From assembly GCA_964016885.1 (NCBI GenBank), contig OZ024742.1:166594001-166658000 (forward strand): DNA of 64,000 bases. The letters run 5' to 3'. Below are positions 13,172 through 27,889 of the stretch, one piece after another (positions within the stretch are counted from its first letter, which is position 1; each line of letters starts with the position of its first letter). The notes below the pieces were generated by a model. The model was not told the DNA's origin, did not search any database, and was given only the letters and a program-made list of their open reading frames with translations. Made by a program: the position numbers and the translations under genes. The stretch is from Eledone cirrhosa. Taxonomy: Eukaryota.

Positions 13172-16100
13172 GGGGAGATAATTTGTAAAAAAATCAGGGG
13201 GAGATAATTTGTAAAAAAAATCAGGGGGAGATAATTTGTAAAAAAAAATCAGGGGGAGATAATTTGTAAAAAAAAATCAGGGGGAGATAATTTGTAAAAA
13301 AAAATCAGGGGGAGATAATTTGTAAAAAAAATCAAGGGGAGATAATTTCCAGCCGTCCAAGGGGAGATAATTTCCAGCCGTCCAAGGGGAGGTAATATCT
13401 AGCCGTCCAAGGGGAGATAATTTCCAGCCGTCCAAGAGGAGATAATTTCCAGCCGTCCAAGGGAAGATAATTTCAAGCCCTCCAAGGGGCTATAATTTCC
13501 AGTGTCCAAGGGGAGATAATTTCCAGCCAGCGAAGGGGAGATAATTTTTTTTTAAAAATCAGGGGGAGATTTGTAAAAAAAATCAGGGGGAGATAATATG
13601 TAAAAAAAATCAAGGGGAGATAATTTCCAGCCGTCGAAGGGAAGATAATTTCCAGCCCTCCAAGGGGCTATAATTTCCAGCGTCCAAGGGGAGATAATTT
13701 CCAGCCAGCGAAGGGGAGATAATTTTTTTAAAAAAATCATTGGGAGATTTGTAAAAAAAATCAGGGAGAGATAATTTGTAAAAAAAATCAAGGGGAGATA
13801 ATTTCCAGCCGTCCAAGGGGAGGTAATATCTAGCCGTCCAAGGGGAGATAATTTCCAGCCGTCAAAGGGGAGATAATTTCCAGCCGTCCAAGGGTAGATA
13901 ATATCCAGCCGTCCAAGTAGACATTTTCCAGCCGTCCAAGGAGAGGTAATTTCTAGCCGTCCAAGGGGAGATAAATTCCAGCCTCCAAGGGGAGATAATT
14001 TCCAGCCAGCCAAGGGGAGATAATTTGTAAAAAAATCAGGGGGAGATAATTTGTAAAAAAAATCAGGGGGAGATAATTTGTAAAAAAAATCAGGGGGAGA
14101 TAATTTGTAAAAAAAAATCAGGGGGAGATAATTTGTAAAAAAAATCAAGGGGAGATAATTTGCAGCCGTCCAAGGGGAGATAATTTTCAGCCGTCCAAGG
14201 AGAGGTAATTTCTAGCCGTCCAAGGTGAGATAATATCCAGCCGTCCAAGGGGAGATAATTTCCAGCCGTACAAGGGGAGATAATTTTAAAAAAAAAACAG
14301 GCGAAGATAATTTGTAAAAAAAAAATCAGGGGGAGATAATTTGTAAAAAAAAATCAGGGGGAGATAATTTGTAAAAAAAAATCAGGGGGAGATAATTTGT
14401 AAAAAAAATCAAGGGGAGATAATTTCCAGCCGTCCAAGGGGAGATAATTTCCAGCCGTCCAAGGGGAGATAATTTTTTTAAAAAAATCAGGCGGAGATAA
14501 TTTGTAAAAAAAATCAGGGGGAGGTAAAAAAAAATCAGGGGGAGATAATTTGTAAAAAAAAATCAGGGGGAGATAATTTTTTAAAAAAAAATCAGGGGGA
14601 GATAATTTGTAAAAAAAAAATCAGGGGGAGATAATTTGTAAAAAAAATCAGGGGGAGATAATTTGTAAAAAAAAATCAGGGGTAGATAATTTGTAAAAAA
14701 AAATCAGGGGGAGATAATTTGTAAAAAAAATCAGGGGGAGATAATTTGTAAAAAAAATCAAGGGGAGATAATTTCCAGCCGTCCAAGGGAAGATAATTTC
14801 AAGCCCTCCAAGGGGCTATAATTTCCAGTGTCCAAGGGGAGATAATTTCCAGCCAGCGAAGGGGAGATAATTTTTTTTTAAAAATCAGGGGGAGATTTGT
14901 AAAAAAAATCAGGGGGAGATAATTTGTAAAAAAAATCAAAGGGAGATAATTTCCAGCCGTCCAAAGAGAGATAATTTCTAGCCGTCCAAGGGGAGATAAT
15001 TTCGAGCCAAGGGGAGATAATTTCCAGCCGTCCAAGGGGAGATAATTTTTTAAAAAATCAGGTGGAGATAATTTGTAAAAAAAATCAGGGGGAGATAATT
15101 TGTAAAAACAAAATCAAGGGCAGATAATTTCCAGCTGTCCAAGGGGAGATAATTTCCAGCCGTGCAAGGGGAGATAATTTCCAGCCGTCCAAGGGGAGAT
15201 AATTTCCATCCTTCCAAGGGGAGATAATTTCCAGCCGTCCAAGGGGAGATAATTTCCCGCCAGCCAAGGGAAGATAATTTTTTAAAAAATCAGGCGGAGA
15301 TTGTAAAAAAAATCAGGGGGAGATAATTTGTAAAAAAATCAGGGGGAGATAATTTGTAAAAAAATCAAGGGGAGATAATTTCCAGCTGTCCAAGGGGAGG
15401 TAATATCTAGCCGTCCAAGGGGAGATAATTTCCAGCCGTCCAAGGGGAGATAATTTCCAGCCGTCCAAGGGTAGATAATATCCAGCCGTCCAAGGAGACA
15501 TATTTTCCAGCCCTCCAAGGAGAGGTAATTTCTAGCCGTCCAAGTGGAGATAAATTCCAGCCTCCAAGGGGAGATAATTTCCAGCCAGCCAAGGGGAGAT
15601 AATTTGTAAAAAAATCAGGGGGAGATAATTTGTAAAAAAAATCAGGGGGAGATAATTTGTAAAAAAAAATCAGGGGGAGATAATTTGTAAAAAAAATCAG
15701 GGGGAGATAATTTGTAAAAAAAATCAAGGGGAGATAATTTCCAGCCGTCCAAGGGGAGATAATTTTCAGCCGTCCAAGGGGAGATAATTTCCCGCCAGCC
15801 AAGGGAAGATAATATTTAAAAAATGAGGCGGAGATAATTTGTAAAAAAAATCAGGGGGAGATAATTTGTAAAAAAATCAGGGGGAGATAATTTGTAAAAA
15901 AAATTAGGGGGAGATAATTTGTAAAAAAAATTAGGGGGAGATAATTTGTAAAAAAAAATCAGGGGTAGATAATTTGTAAAAAAAAATCAGGGGGAGATAA
16001 TTTGTAAAAAAAATCAGGGGGAGATAATTTGTAAAAAAAATCAAGGGGAGATAATTTCCAGCCGTCCAAGGAGAGATAATTTAAAAAAAAAATCAGGCGG

Positions 16101-18319
16101 AGATAATTTGTAAAAAAAAATCAGGGGGAGATAATTTGTAATAAAAAATCAGGGGGAGATAATTTGTAAAAAAAATCAAGGGGAGATAATTTCCAGCCGT
16201 CCAAGGGGAGATAATTTTCAGCCGTCCAAGGGGAGATAATTTCCAGCCGTCCAAGGGGAGATAATTTAAAAAAAAAATCAGGCGGAGATAATTTGTAAAA
16301 AAAATCAAGGGGAGATAATTTGCAACCGTCCAAGGGGACATAATTTTCAGTCGTCCAAGGAGAGGTAATTTCTAGCCGTCCAAGGGGAGATAATTTCCAG
16401 CCGTCCAAGGGGAGATAATTTCCAGCCGTCCAAGGGGAGATAATTTTTTTTTTAAAATCAGGCGGAGATAATTTGTAAAAAAAAAATCAGGGGGAGATAA
16501 TTTGTAAAAAAAAATCAGGGGGAGATAATTTGTAAAAAAAAATCAGGGGGAGATAATTTGTAAAAAAAATCAAGGGGAGATAATTTCCAGCCGTCCAAGG
16601 GAAGATAATTTCCAGCCCTCCAAGGGGCTATAATTTCCAGCGTCCAAGGGGAGATAATTTCCAGCCAGCGAAGGGGAGATAATTGTTTTAAAAAAATCAT
16701 TGGGAGATTTGTAAAAAAAATCAGGGGGAGATAATTAATAAAAAAAATCAAGGGGAGATAATTCCAGCCGTCCAAGGGGAGGTAATATCTAGCCGTCCAA
16801 GGGGAGATAATTTCCAGCCGTCCAAGGGGAGATAATTTCCAGCCGTCCAAGGGTAGATAATATCCAGCCGTCCAAGGAGACATATTTTCCAGCCGTCCAA
16901 GGAGAGGTAATTTCTAGCCGTCCAAGGGGAGATAAATTCCAGCCTCCAAGGGGAGATAATTTCCAGCCAGCCAAGGGGAGATAATTTGTAAAAAAATCAG
17001 GGGGAGATAATTTGTAAAAAAAGTCAGGGGTAGATAATTTGTAAAAAAAAATCGGGGGGAGATAATTTGTAAAAAAAAATCAGGGGGAGATAATTTGTAA
17101 AAAAAATCAAGGGGAGATAATTTCCAGCCGTCCAAGGAGAGATAATTTTTAAAAAAAAATCAGGCGGAGATAATTTGTAAAAAAAAATCAGGGGGAGATA
17201 ATTTGTAAAAAAAAATAAGGGGGAGATAATTTGTAAAAGAAATCAAGGGGAGATAATTTCCAGCCGTCCAAGGGGAGATAATTTCCAGCCGTCCAAGGGG
17301 AGATAAATTTTTTAAAAAAATCAGGCGGAGATAATTTGTAAAAAAAATCAGGGGGAGATAATTTGTAAAAAAAAATCAGGGGGAGATAATTTCCAGCCGT
17401 CCAAGGTAAGATAATTTCCAGCCCTCCAAGGGGCTATAATTTCCAGCATCCAAGGGGAGATAATTTCCAGCCGTCCAAGGGTAGATAATATCCAGCCGTC
17501 CAAGTAGACATATTTTCCAGCCGTCCAAGGAGAGGTAATTTCTAGCCGTCCAAGGGGAGATAAATTCCAGCCTCCAAGGGGAGATAATTTCCAGCCAGCC
17601 AAGGGGAGATAATTTGTAAAAAAATCAGGGGGAGATAATTTGTAAAAAAAATCAGGGAGATAATTTGTAAAAAAAAATCAGGGGGAGATAATTTGTAAAA
17701 AAAAATCAGGGGGAGATAATTTCCAGCCGTCCAAGGGGAGATAATTTTCAGCCGTCCAAGGGTAGATAATATCCAGCCGTCCAAGTAGACATTTTCCAGC
17801 CGTCCAAGGAGAGGTAATTTCTAGCCGTCCAAGGGGAGATAAATTCCAGCCTCCAAGGGGAGATAATTTCCAGCCAGCCAAGGGGAGATAATTTGTAAAA
17901 AAATCAGGGGGAGATAATTTGTAAAAAAAATCAGGGGGAGATAATTTGTAAAAAAAATCAGGGGGAGATAATTTTAAAAAAAAAAATCAGGGGGAGATAA
18001 TTTGTAAAAAAAAATCAGGGGGAGATAATTTGTAAAAAAAATCAAGGGGAGATAATTTCCAGCCGTCCAAGGGGAGATAATTTTCAGCCGTCCAAGGGGA
18101 GATAATTTCCAGACGTCCAAGGGGAGATAATTTCCATCCTTCCAAGGGGAGATAATTTCCAGCCTTCCAAGGGGAGATAATTTTCAGCCGTCCAAGGGGA
18201 GATAATTTCCCGCCAGCCAAGGGAAGATAATATTTTAAAAAATCAGGCGGAGATAATTTGTAAAAAAAATCAGGGGGAGATAATTTGTAAAAAAATCAGG
18301 GGGAGATAATTTGTAAAAA

Positions 18320-20250
18320 AAAAATCAGGGGGAGATAATTTGTAAAAAAAATCAGGGGGAGATAATTTGTAAAAAAAAATCAGGGGTAGATAATTTGTAA
18401 AAAAAAATCAGGGGGAGATAATTTGTAAAAAAAAAATCAGGGGGAGATAATTTGTAAAAAAAATCAAGGGGAGATAATTTCCAGCCGTCCAAGGAGAGAT
18501 AATTTTTTAAAAAAATCAGGCGGAGATAATTTGTAAAAAAAAATCAAGGGGAGATAATTTGTAAAAAAAAATCAGGGGGAGATAATTTGTAAAAAAATCA
18601 AGGGGAGATAATTTCCAGCCGTCCAAGGGAAGATAATTTCCAGCACTCCAAGGGGCTATAATTTCCAGTGTCCAAGGGGAGATAATTTCCAGCCAGCGAA
18701 GGGGAGATAATTTTTTTAAAAAAATCAGGGGGAGATATGTAAAAAAAATCAGAGGGAGATAATTTCTAAAAAAAATCAAAGGGAGATAATTTCCAGCCGT
18801 CCAAAGAGAGATAATTTCTAGCCGTCCAAGGGGAGATAATTTCCAGCCAAGGGGAGATAATTTCCAGCCGTCCAAGGGGAGATAATTATTTAAAAAATCA
18901 GGTGGAGATAATTTGTAAAAAAAATCAGGGGGAGATAATTTGTAAAAACAAAATCAAGGGCAGATAATTTCCAGCTGTCCAAGGGGAGATAATTTCCAGC
19001 CGTGCAAGGGGAGATAATTTCCAGCCGTCCAAGGGGAGATAATTTCCATCCTTCCAAGGGGAGATAATCTCCAGCCGTCCAAGGGGAGATAATTTCCCGC
19101 CAGCCAAGGGAAGATAATTTTTAAAAAAATCAGGCGGAGATTGTAAAAAAAATCAGGGGGAGATAATTTGTAAAAAAATCAGGGGGAGATAATTTGTAAA
19201 AAAAAAATCAGGGGAGATAATTTGTAAAAAAAAATCAGGGGGAGATAATTTGTAAAAAAAAAATCAGGGGGAGATAATTTGTAAAAAAAATCAGGGGGAG
19301 ATAATTTGTAAAAAAAATCAGGGGGAGATAATTTGTAAAAAAAAATCAGGGGTAGATAATTTGTAAAAAAAAATCAGGGGGAGATAATTTGTAAAAAAAA
19401 AATCAGGGGGAGATAATTTGTAAAAAAAATCAAGGGGAGATAATTTCCAGCCGTCCAAGGAGAGATAATTTTTAAAAAAAATCAGGCGGAGATAATTTGT
19501 AAAAAAAAATCAAGGGGAGATAATTTGTAAAAAAAAATCAGGGGGAGATAATTTGTAAAAAAATCAAGGGGAGATAATTTCCAGCCGTCCAAGGGAAGAT
19601 AATTTCCAGCACTCCAAGGGGCTATAATTTCCAGTGTCCAAGGGGAGATAATTTCCAGCCAGCGAAGGGGAGATAATTTTTTTAAAAAAATCAGGGGGAG
19701 ATATGTAAAAAAAATCAGAGGGAGATAATTTCTAAAAAAAATCAAAGGGAGATAATTTCCAGCCGTCCAAAGAGAGATAATTTCTAGCCGTCCAAGGGGA
19801 GATAATTTCCAGCCAAGGGGAGATAATTTCCAGCCGTCCAAGGGAAGATAATTATTTAAAAAATCAGGTGGAGATAATTTGTAAAAAAAATCAGGGGGAG
19901 ATAATTTGTAAAAACAAAATCAAGGGCAGATAATTTCCAGCTGTCCAAGGGGAGATAATTTCCAGCCGTGCAAGGGGAGATAATTTCCAGCCGTCCAAGG
20001 GGAGATAATTTCCATCCTTCCAAGGGGAGATAATCTCCAGCCGTCCAAGGGGAGATAATTTCCCGCCAGCCAAGGGAAGATAATTTTTAAAAAAATCAGG
20101 CGGAGATTGTAAAAAAAATCAGGGGGAGATAATTTGTAAAAAAATCAGGGGGAGATAATTTGTAAAAAAAAAATCAGGGGAGATAATTTGTAAAAAAAAA
20201 TCAGGGGGAGATAATTTGTAAAAAAAAAATCAGGGGGAGATAATTTGTAA
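18320..20250 (+). repeat. Local ~966-bp tandem duplication (approximate ends), repeated at ~34.5-36.0 kb
   Basis: ORF pairs 18516/19482 and 18925/19891 are offset by 966 bp, as is 34713/35679. Confidence 0.85.
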
Positions 20251-23200
20251 AAAAAATCAGGGGTAGATAATTTGTAAAAAAAATCAGGGGGAGATAATTT
20301 GTAAAAAAAAATCAGTGGGAGATAATTTGTAAAAAAATCAAGGGGAGATAATATGCAGCCGTCCAAGGGGAGATAACTTTCAGCCTTCCAAGGAGAGTTA
20401 ATTTCTAGCCGTCCAAGGGGAGATAATTTCCAGCCGTCCAAGGGGAGATAATTTCCAGCCGTCCAAGGGGAGATAGTTTTTTTAAAAAAATCAGGCGGAG
20501 ATAATTTGTAAAAAAAAAATCAGGGGGAGATAATTTGTAAAAAAAAATCAGGGGGAGATAATTTGTAAAAAAAAATCAAGGGGAGATAATTTGTAAAAAA
20601 AATCAGGGGGAGATAATTAGTAAAAAAATCAAGGGGAGATAATTTCCAGCCGTCCAAGGGGAGGTAATATCTAGCCGTCCAAGGGGAGATAATTTCCAGC
20701 CGTCCAAGGGGAGATAATTTCCAGCCGTCCAAGGGTAGATAATATCCAGCCGTCCAAGTAGACATATTTTCCAGCCGTCCAAGGAGAGGTAATTTCTAGC
20801 CGTCCAAGGGGAGATAAATTCCAGCCTCCAAGGGGAGATAATTTCCAGCCAGCCAAGGGGAGATAATTTGTAAAAAAATCAGGGGGAGATAATTTGTAAA
20901 AAAAATCAGGGGGAGATAATTTGTAAAAAAAAATCAGGGGGAGATAATTTGTAAAAAAAAATCAGGGGGAGATAATTTGTAAAAAAAAATCAGGGGGAGA
21001 TAATTTGTAAAAAAAATCAAGGGGAGATAATTTCCAGCCGTCCAAGGGGAGATAATTTCCAGCCGTCCAAGGGGAGGTAATATCTAGCCGTCCAAGGGGA
21101 GATAATTTCCAGCCGTCCAAGAGGAGATAATTTCCAGCCGTCCAAGGGAAGATAATTTCAAGCCCTCCAAGGGGCTATAATTTCCAGTGTCCAAGGGGAG
21201 ATAATTTCCAGCCAGCGAAGGGGAGATAATTTTTTTTTAAAAATCAGGGGGAGATTTGTAAAAAAAATCAGGGGGAGATAATATGTAAAAAAAATCAAGG
21301 GGAGATAATTTCCAGCCGTCGAAGGGAAGATAATTTCCAGCCCTCCAAGGGGCTATAATTTCCAGCGTCCAAGGGGAGATAATTTCCAGCCAGCGAAGGG
21401 GAGATAATTTTTTTAAAAAAATCATTGGGAGATTTGTAAAAAAAATCAGGGAGAGATAATTTGTAAAAAAAATCAAGGGGAGATAATTTCCAGCCGTCCA
21501 AGGGGAGGTAATATCTAGCCGTCCAAGGGGAGATAATTTCCAGCCGTCAAAGGGGAGATAATTTCCAGCCGTCCAAGGGTAGATAATATCCAGCCGTCCA
21601 AGTAGACATTTTCCAGCCGTCCAAGGAGAGGTAATTTCTAGCCGTCCAAGGGGAGATAAATTCCAGCCTCCAAGGGGAGATAATTTCCAGCCAGCCAAGG
21701 GGAGATAATTTGTAAAAAAATCAGGGGGAGATAATTTGTAAAAAAAATCAGGGGGAGATAATTTGTAAAAAAAATCAGGGGGAGATAATTTGTAAAAAAA
21801 AATCAGGGGGAGATAATTTGTAAAAAAAATCAAGGGGAGATAATTTGCAGCCGTCCAAGGGGAGATAATTTTCAGCCGTCCAAGGAGAGGTAATTTCTAG
21901 CCGTCCAAGGTGAGATAATATCCAGCCGTCCAAGGGGAGATAATTTCCAGCCGTACAAGGGGAGATAATTTAAAAAAAAAAACAGGCGAAGATAATTTGT
22001 AAAAAAAAAATCAGGGGGAGATAATTTGTAAAAAAAAATCAGGGGGAGATAATTTGTAAAAAAAAATCAGGGGGAGATAATTTGTAAAAAAAATCAAGGG
22101 GAGATAATTTCCAGCCGTCCAAGGGGAGATAATTTCCAGCCGTCCAAGGGGAGATAATTTTTTTAAAAAAATCAGGCGGAGATAATTTGTAAAAAAAATC
22201 AGGGGGAGGTAAAAAAAAATCAGGGGGAGATAATTTGTAAAAAAAAATCAGGGGGAGATAATTTTTAAAAAAAAAATCAGGGGGAGATAATTTGTAAAAA
22301 AAAAATCAGGGGGAGATAATTTGTAAAAAAAATCAGGGGGAGATAATTTGTAAAAAAAAATCAGGGGTAGATAATTTGTAAAAAAAAATCAGGGGGAGAT
22401 AATTTGTAAAAAAAATCAGGGGGAGATAATTTGTAAAAAAAATCAAGGGGAGATAATTTCCAGCCGTCCAAGGGAAGATAATTTCAAGCCCTCCAAGGGG
22501 CTATAATTTCCAGTGTCCAAGGGGAGATAATTTCCAGCCAGCGAAGGGGAGATAATTTTTTTTTAAAAATCAGGGGGAGATTTGTAAAAAAAATCAGGGG
22601 GAGATAATTTGTAAAAAAAATCAAAGGGAGATAATTTCCAGCCGTCCAAAGAGAGATAATTTCTAGCCGTCCAAGGGGAGATAATTTCGAGCCAAGGGGA
22701 GATAATTTCCAGCCGTCCAAGGGGAGATAATTTTTTAAAAAATCAGGTGGAGATAATTTGTAAAAAAAATCAGGGGGAGATAATTTGTAAAAACAAAATC
22801 AAGGGCAGATAATTTCCAGCTGTCCAAGGGGAGATAATTTCCAGCCGTGCAAGGGGAGATAATTTCCAGCCGTCCAAGGGGAGATAATTTCCATCCTTCC
22901 AAGGGGAGATAATTTCCAGCCGTCCAAGGGGAGATAATTTCCCGCCAGCCAAGGGAAGATAATTTTTTAAAAAATCAGGCGGAGATTGTAAAAAAAATCA
23001 GGGGGAGATAATTTGTAAAAAAATCAGGGGGAGATAATTTGTAAAAAAATCAAGGGGAGATTATTTCCAGCTGTCCAAGGGGAGGTAATATCTAGCCGTC
23101 CAAGGGGAGATAATTTCCAGCCGTCCAAGGGGAGATAATTTCCAGCCGTCCAAGGGTAGATAATATCCAGCCGTCCAAGGAGACATATTTTCCAGCCCTC

Positions 23201-25789
23201 CAAGGAGAGGTAATTTCTAGCCGTCCAAGTGGAGATAAATTCCAGCCTCCAAGGGGAGATAATTTCCAGCCAGCCAAGGGGAGATAATTTGTAAAAAAAT
23301 CAGGGGGAGATAATTTGTAAAAAAAATCAGGGGGAGATAATTTGTAAAAAAAAATCAGGGGGAGATAATTTGTAAAAAAAATCAGGGGGAGATAATTTGT
23401 AAAAAAAATCAAGGGGAGATAATTTCCAGCCGTCCAAGGGGAGATAATTTTCAGCCGTCCAAGGGGAGATAATTTCCCGCCAGCCAAGGGAAGATAATAT
23501 TTAAAAAATGAGGCGGAGATAATTTGTAAAAAAAATCAGGGGGAGATAATTTGTAAAAAAATCAGGGGGAGATAATTTGTAAAAAAAAATCAGGGGGAGA
23601 TAATTTGTAAAAAAAATTAGGGGGAGATAATTTGTAAAAAAAAATCAGGGGTAGATAATTTGTAAAAAAAAATCAGGGGGAGATAATTTGTAAAAAAAAT
23701 CAGGGGGAGATAATTTGTAAAAAAAATCAAGGGGAGATAATTTCCAGCCGTCCAAGGAGAGATAATTTAAAAAAAAAATCAGGCGGAGATAATTTGTAAA
23801 AAAAAATCAGGGGGAGATAATTTGTAAAAAAAAATCAGGGGGAGATAATTTGTAAAAAAAATCAAGGGGAGATAATTTCCAGCCGTCCAAGGGGAGATAA
23901 TTTTCAGCCGTCCAAGGGGAGATAATTTCCAGCCGTCCAAGGGGAGATAATTTTTTTTTAAAAATCAGGCGGAGATAATTTGTAAAAAAAAAAATCAGGG
24001 GGAGATAATTTGTAAAAAAAAATCAGGGGGAGATAATTTGTAAAAAAAATCAAGGGGAGATAATTTGCAACCGTCCAAGGGGACATAATTTTCAGTCGTC
24101 CAAGGAGAGGTAATTTCTAGCCGTCCAAGGGGAGATAATTTCCAGCCGTCCAAGGGGAGATAATTTCCAGCCGTCCAAGGGGAGATAATTTTTTTTTAAA
24201 AATCAGGCGGAGATAATTTGTAAAAAAAAAATCAGGGGGAGATAATTTGTAAAAAAAAATCAGGGGGAGATAATTTGTAAAAAAAAATCAGGGGGAGATA
24301 ATTTGTAAAAAAAATCAAGGGGAGATAATTTCCAGCCGTCCAAGGGAAGATAATTTCCAGCCCTCCAAGGGGCTATAATTTCCAGCGTCCAAGGGGAGAT
24401 AATTTCCAGCCAGCGAAGGGGAGATAATTGTTTTAAAAAAATCATTGGGAGATTTGTAAAAAAAATCAGGGGGAGATAATTAATAAAAAAAATCAAGGGG
24501 AGATAATTCCAGCCGTCCAAGGGGAGGTAATATCTAGCCGTCCAAGGGGAGATAATTTCCAGCCGTCCAAGGGGAGATAATTTCCAGCCGTCCAAGGGTA
24601 GATAATATCCAGCCGTCCAAGGAGACATATTTTCCAGCCGTCCAAGGAGAGGTAATTTCTAGCCGTCCAAGGGGAGATAAATTCCAGCCTCCAAGGGGAG
24701 ATAATTTCCAGCCAGCCAAGGGGAGATAATTTGTAAAAAAATCAGGGGGAGATAATTTGTAAAAAAAGTCAGGGGTAGATAATTTGTAAAAAAAAATCAG
24801 GGGGAGATAATTTGTAAAAAAAAATCAGGGGGAGATAATTTGTAAAAAAAATCAAGGGGAGATAATTTCCAGCCGTCCAAGGAGAGATAATTTTAAAAAA
24901 TCAGGCGGAGATAATTTGTAAAAAAAAAATCAGGGGGAGATAATTTGTAAAAAAAAATAAGGGGGAGATAATTTGTAAAAAAAATCAAGGGGAGATAATT
25001 TCCAGCCGTCCAAGGGGAGATAATTTCCAGCCGTCCAAGGGGAGATAAATTTTTTAAAAAAATCAGGCGGAGATAATTTGTAAAAAAAATCAGGGGGAGA
25101 TAATTTGTAAAAAAAAATCAGTGGGAGATAATTTGTAAAAAAAAATCAGGGGGAGATAATTTCCAGCCGTCCAAGGTAAGATAATTTCCAGCCCTCCAAG
25201 GGGCTATAATTTCCAGCATCCAAGGGGAGATAATTTCCAGCCGTCCAAGGGTAGATAATATCCAGCCGTCCAAGTAGACATATTTTCCAGCCGTCCAAGG
25301 AGAGGTAATTTCTAGCCGTCCAAGGGGAGATAAATTCCAGCCTCCAAGGGGAGATAATTTCCAGCCAGCCAAGGGGAGATAATTTGTAAAAAAATCAGGG
25401 GGAGATAATTTATAAAAAAAATCAGGGGGAGATAATTTGTAAAAAAAAATCAGGGGGAGATAATTTGTAAAAAAAAATCAGGGGGAGATAATTTCCAGCC
25501 GTCCAAGGGGAGATAATTTTCAGCCGTCCAAGGGTAGATAATATCCAGCCGTCCAAGTAGACATTTTCCAGCCGTCCAAGGAGAGGTAATTTCTAGCCGT
25601 CCAAGGGGAGATAAATTCCAGCCTCCAAGGGGAGATAATTTCCAGCCAGCCAAGGGGAGATAATTTGTAAAAAAAATCAGGGGGACATAATTTGTAAAAA
25701 AAAATCAGGGGGAGATAATTTGTAAAAAAAAAATCAGGGGGAGATAATTTGTAAAAAAAAATCAGGGGGAGATAATTTGTAAAAAAAAT

Positions 25790-26900
25790 CAAGGGGAGAT
25801 AATTTCCAGCCGTCCAAGGGGAGATAATTTTCAGCCGTCCAAGGGGAGATAATTTCCAGACGTCCAAGGGGAGATAATTTCCATCCTTCCAAGGGGAGAT
25901 AATTTCCAGCCTTCCAAGGGGAGATAATTTTCAGCCGTCCAAGGGGAGATAATTTCCCGCCAGCCAAGGGAAGATAATATTTTAAAAAATCAGGCGGAGA
26001 TAATTTGTAAAAAAAATCAGGGGGAGATAATTTGTAAAAAAATCAGGGGGAGATAATTTGTAAAAAAAAAATCAGGGGGAGATAATTTGTAAAAAAAATC
26101 AGGGGGAGATAATTTGTAAAAAAAAATCAGGGGTAGATAATTTGTAAAAAAAAATCAGGGGGAGATAATTTGTAAAAAAAAAATCAGGGGGAGATAATTT
26201 GTAAAAAAAATCAAGGGGAGATAATTTCCAGCCGTCCAAGGAGAGATAATTTTTAAAAAAAATCAGGCGGAGATAATTTGTAAAAAAAAATCAAGGGGAG
26301 ATAATTTGTAAAAAAAAATCAGGGGGAGATAATTTGTAAAAAAATCAAGGGGAGATAATTTCCAGCCGTCCAAGGGGAGATAATTTTCAGCCGTCCAAGG
26401 GGAGATAATTTCCAGACGTCCAAGGGGAGATAATTTCCATCCTTCCAAGGGGAGATAATTTCCAGCCTTCCAAGGGGAGATAATTTTCAGCCGTCCAAGG
26501 GGAGATAATTTCCCGCCAGCCAAGGGAAGATAATATTTTAAAAAATCAGGCGGAGATAATTTGTAAAAAAATCAGGGGGAGATAATTTGTAAAAAAAAAA
26601 TCAGGGGGAGATAATTTGTAAAAAAAATCAGGGGGAGATAATTTGTAAAAAAAAATCAGGGGTAGATAATTTGTAAAAAAAAATCAGGGGGAGATAATTT
26701 GTAAAAAAAAAATCAGGGGGAGATAATTTGTAAAAAAAATCAAGGGGAGATAATTTCCAGCCGTCCAAGGAGAGATAATTTTTAAAAAAAATCAGGCGGA
26801 GATAATTTGTAAAAAAAAATCAAGGGGAGATAATTTGTAAAAAAAAATCAGGGGGAGATAATTTGTAAAAAAATCAAGGGGAGATAATTTCCAGCCGTCC
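25790..26900 (+). repeat. Local ~530-556 bp tandem duplication (approximate ends)
   Basis: The rare variant CCAGACGTCC occurs at ~25856 and ~26412 (offset 556). The downstream offset is 529 because the second copy lacks one 27-bp B monomer. Confidence 0.8.
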
Positions 26901-27889
26901 AAGGGAAGATAATTTCCAGCACTCCAAGGGGCTATAATTTCCAGTGTCCAAGGGGAGATAATTTCCAGCCAGCGAAGGGGAGATAATTTTTTTAAAAAAA
27001 TCAGGGGGAGATATGTAAAAAAAATCAGAGGGAGATAATTTCTAAAAAAAATCAAAGGGAGATAATTTCCAGCCGTCCAAAGAGAGATAATTTCTAGCCG
27101 TCCAAGGGGAGATAATTTCCAGCCAAGGGGAGATAATTTCCAGCCGTCCAAGGGAAGATAATTATTTAAAAAATCAGGTGGAGATAATTTGTAAAAAAAA
27201 TCAGGGGGAGATAATTTGTAAAAACAAAATCAAGGGCAGATAATTTCCAGCTGTCCAAGGGGAGATAATTTCCAGCCGTGCAAGGGGAGATAATTTCCAG
27301 CCGTCCAAGGGGAGATAATTTCCATCCTTCCAAGGGGAGATAATCTCCAGCCGTCCAAGGGGAGATAATTTCCCGCCAGCCAAGGGAAGATAATTTTTAA
27401 AAAAATCAGGCGGAGATTGTAAAAAAAATCAGGGGGAGATAATTTGTAAAAAAATCAGGGGGAGATAATTTGTAAAAAAAAAATCAGGGGAGATAATTTG
27501 TAAAAAAAAATCAGGGGGAGATAATTTGTAAAAAAAAAATCAGGGGGAGATAATTTGTAAAAAAAATCAGGGGTAGATAATTTGTAAAAAAAATCAGGGG
27601 GAGATAATTTGTAAAAAAAAATCAGTGGGAGATAATTTGTAAAAAAATCAAGGGGAGATAATATGCAGCCGTCCAAGGGGAGATAACTTTCAGCCTTCCA
27701 AGGAGAGTTAATTTCTAGCCGTCCAAGGGGAGATAATTTCCAGCCGTCCAAGGGGAGATAATTTCCAGCCGTCCAAGGGGAGATAGTTTTTTTAAAAAAA
27801 TCAGGCGGAGATAATTTGTAAAAAAAAAATCAGGGGGAGATAATTTGTAAAAAAAAATCAGGGGGAGATAATTTGTAAAAAAAAATCAA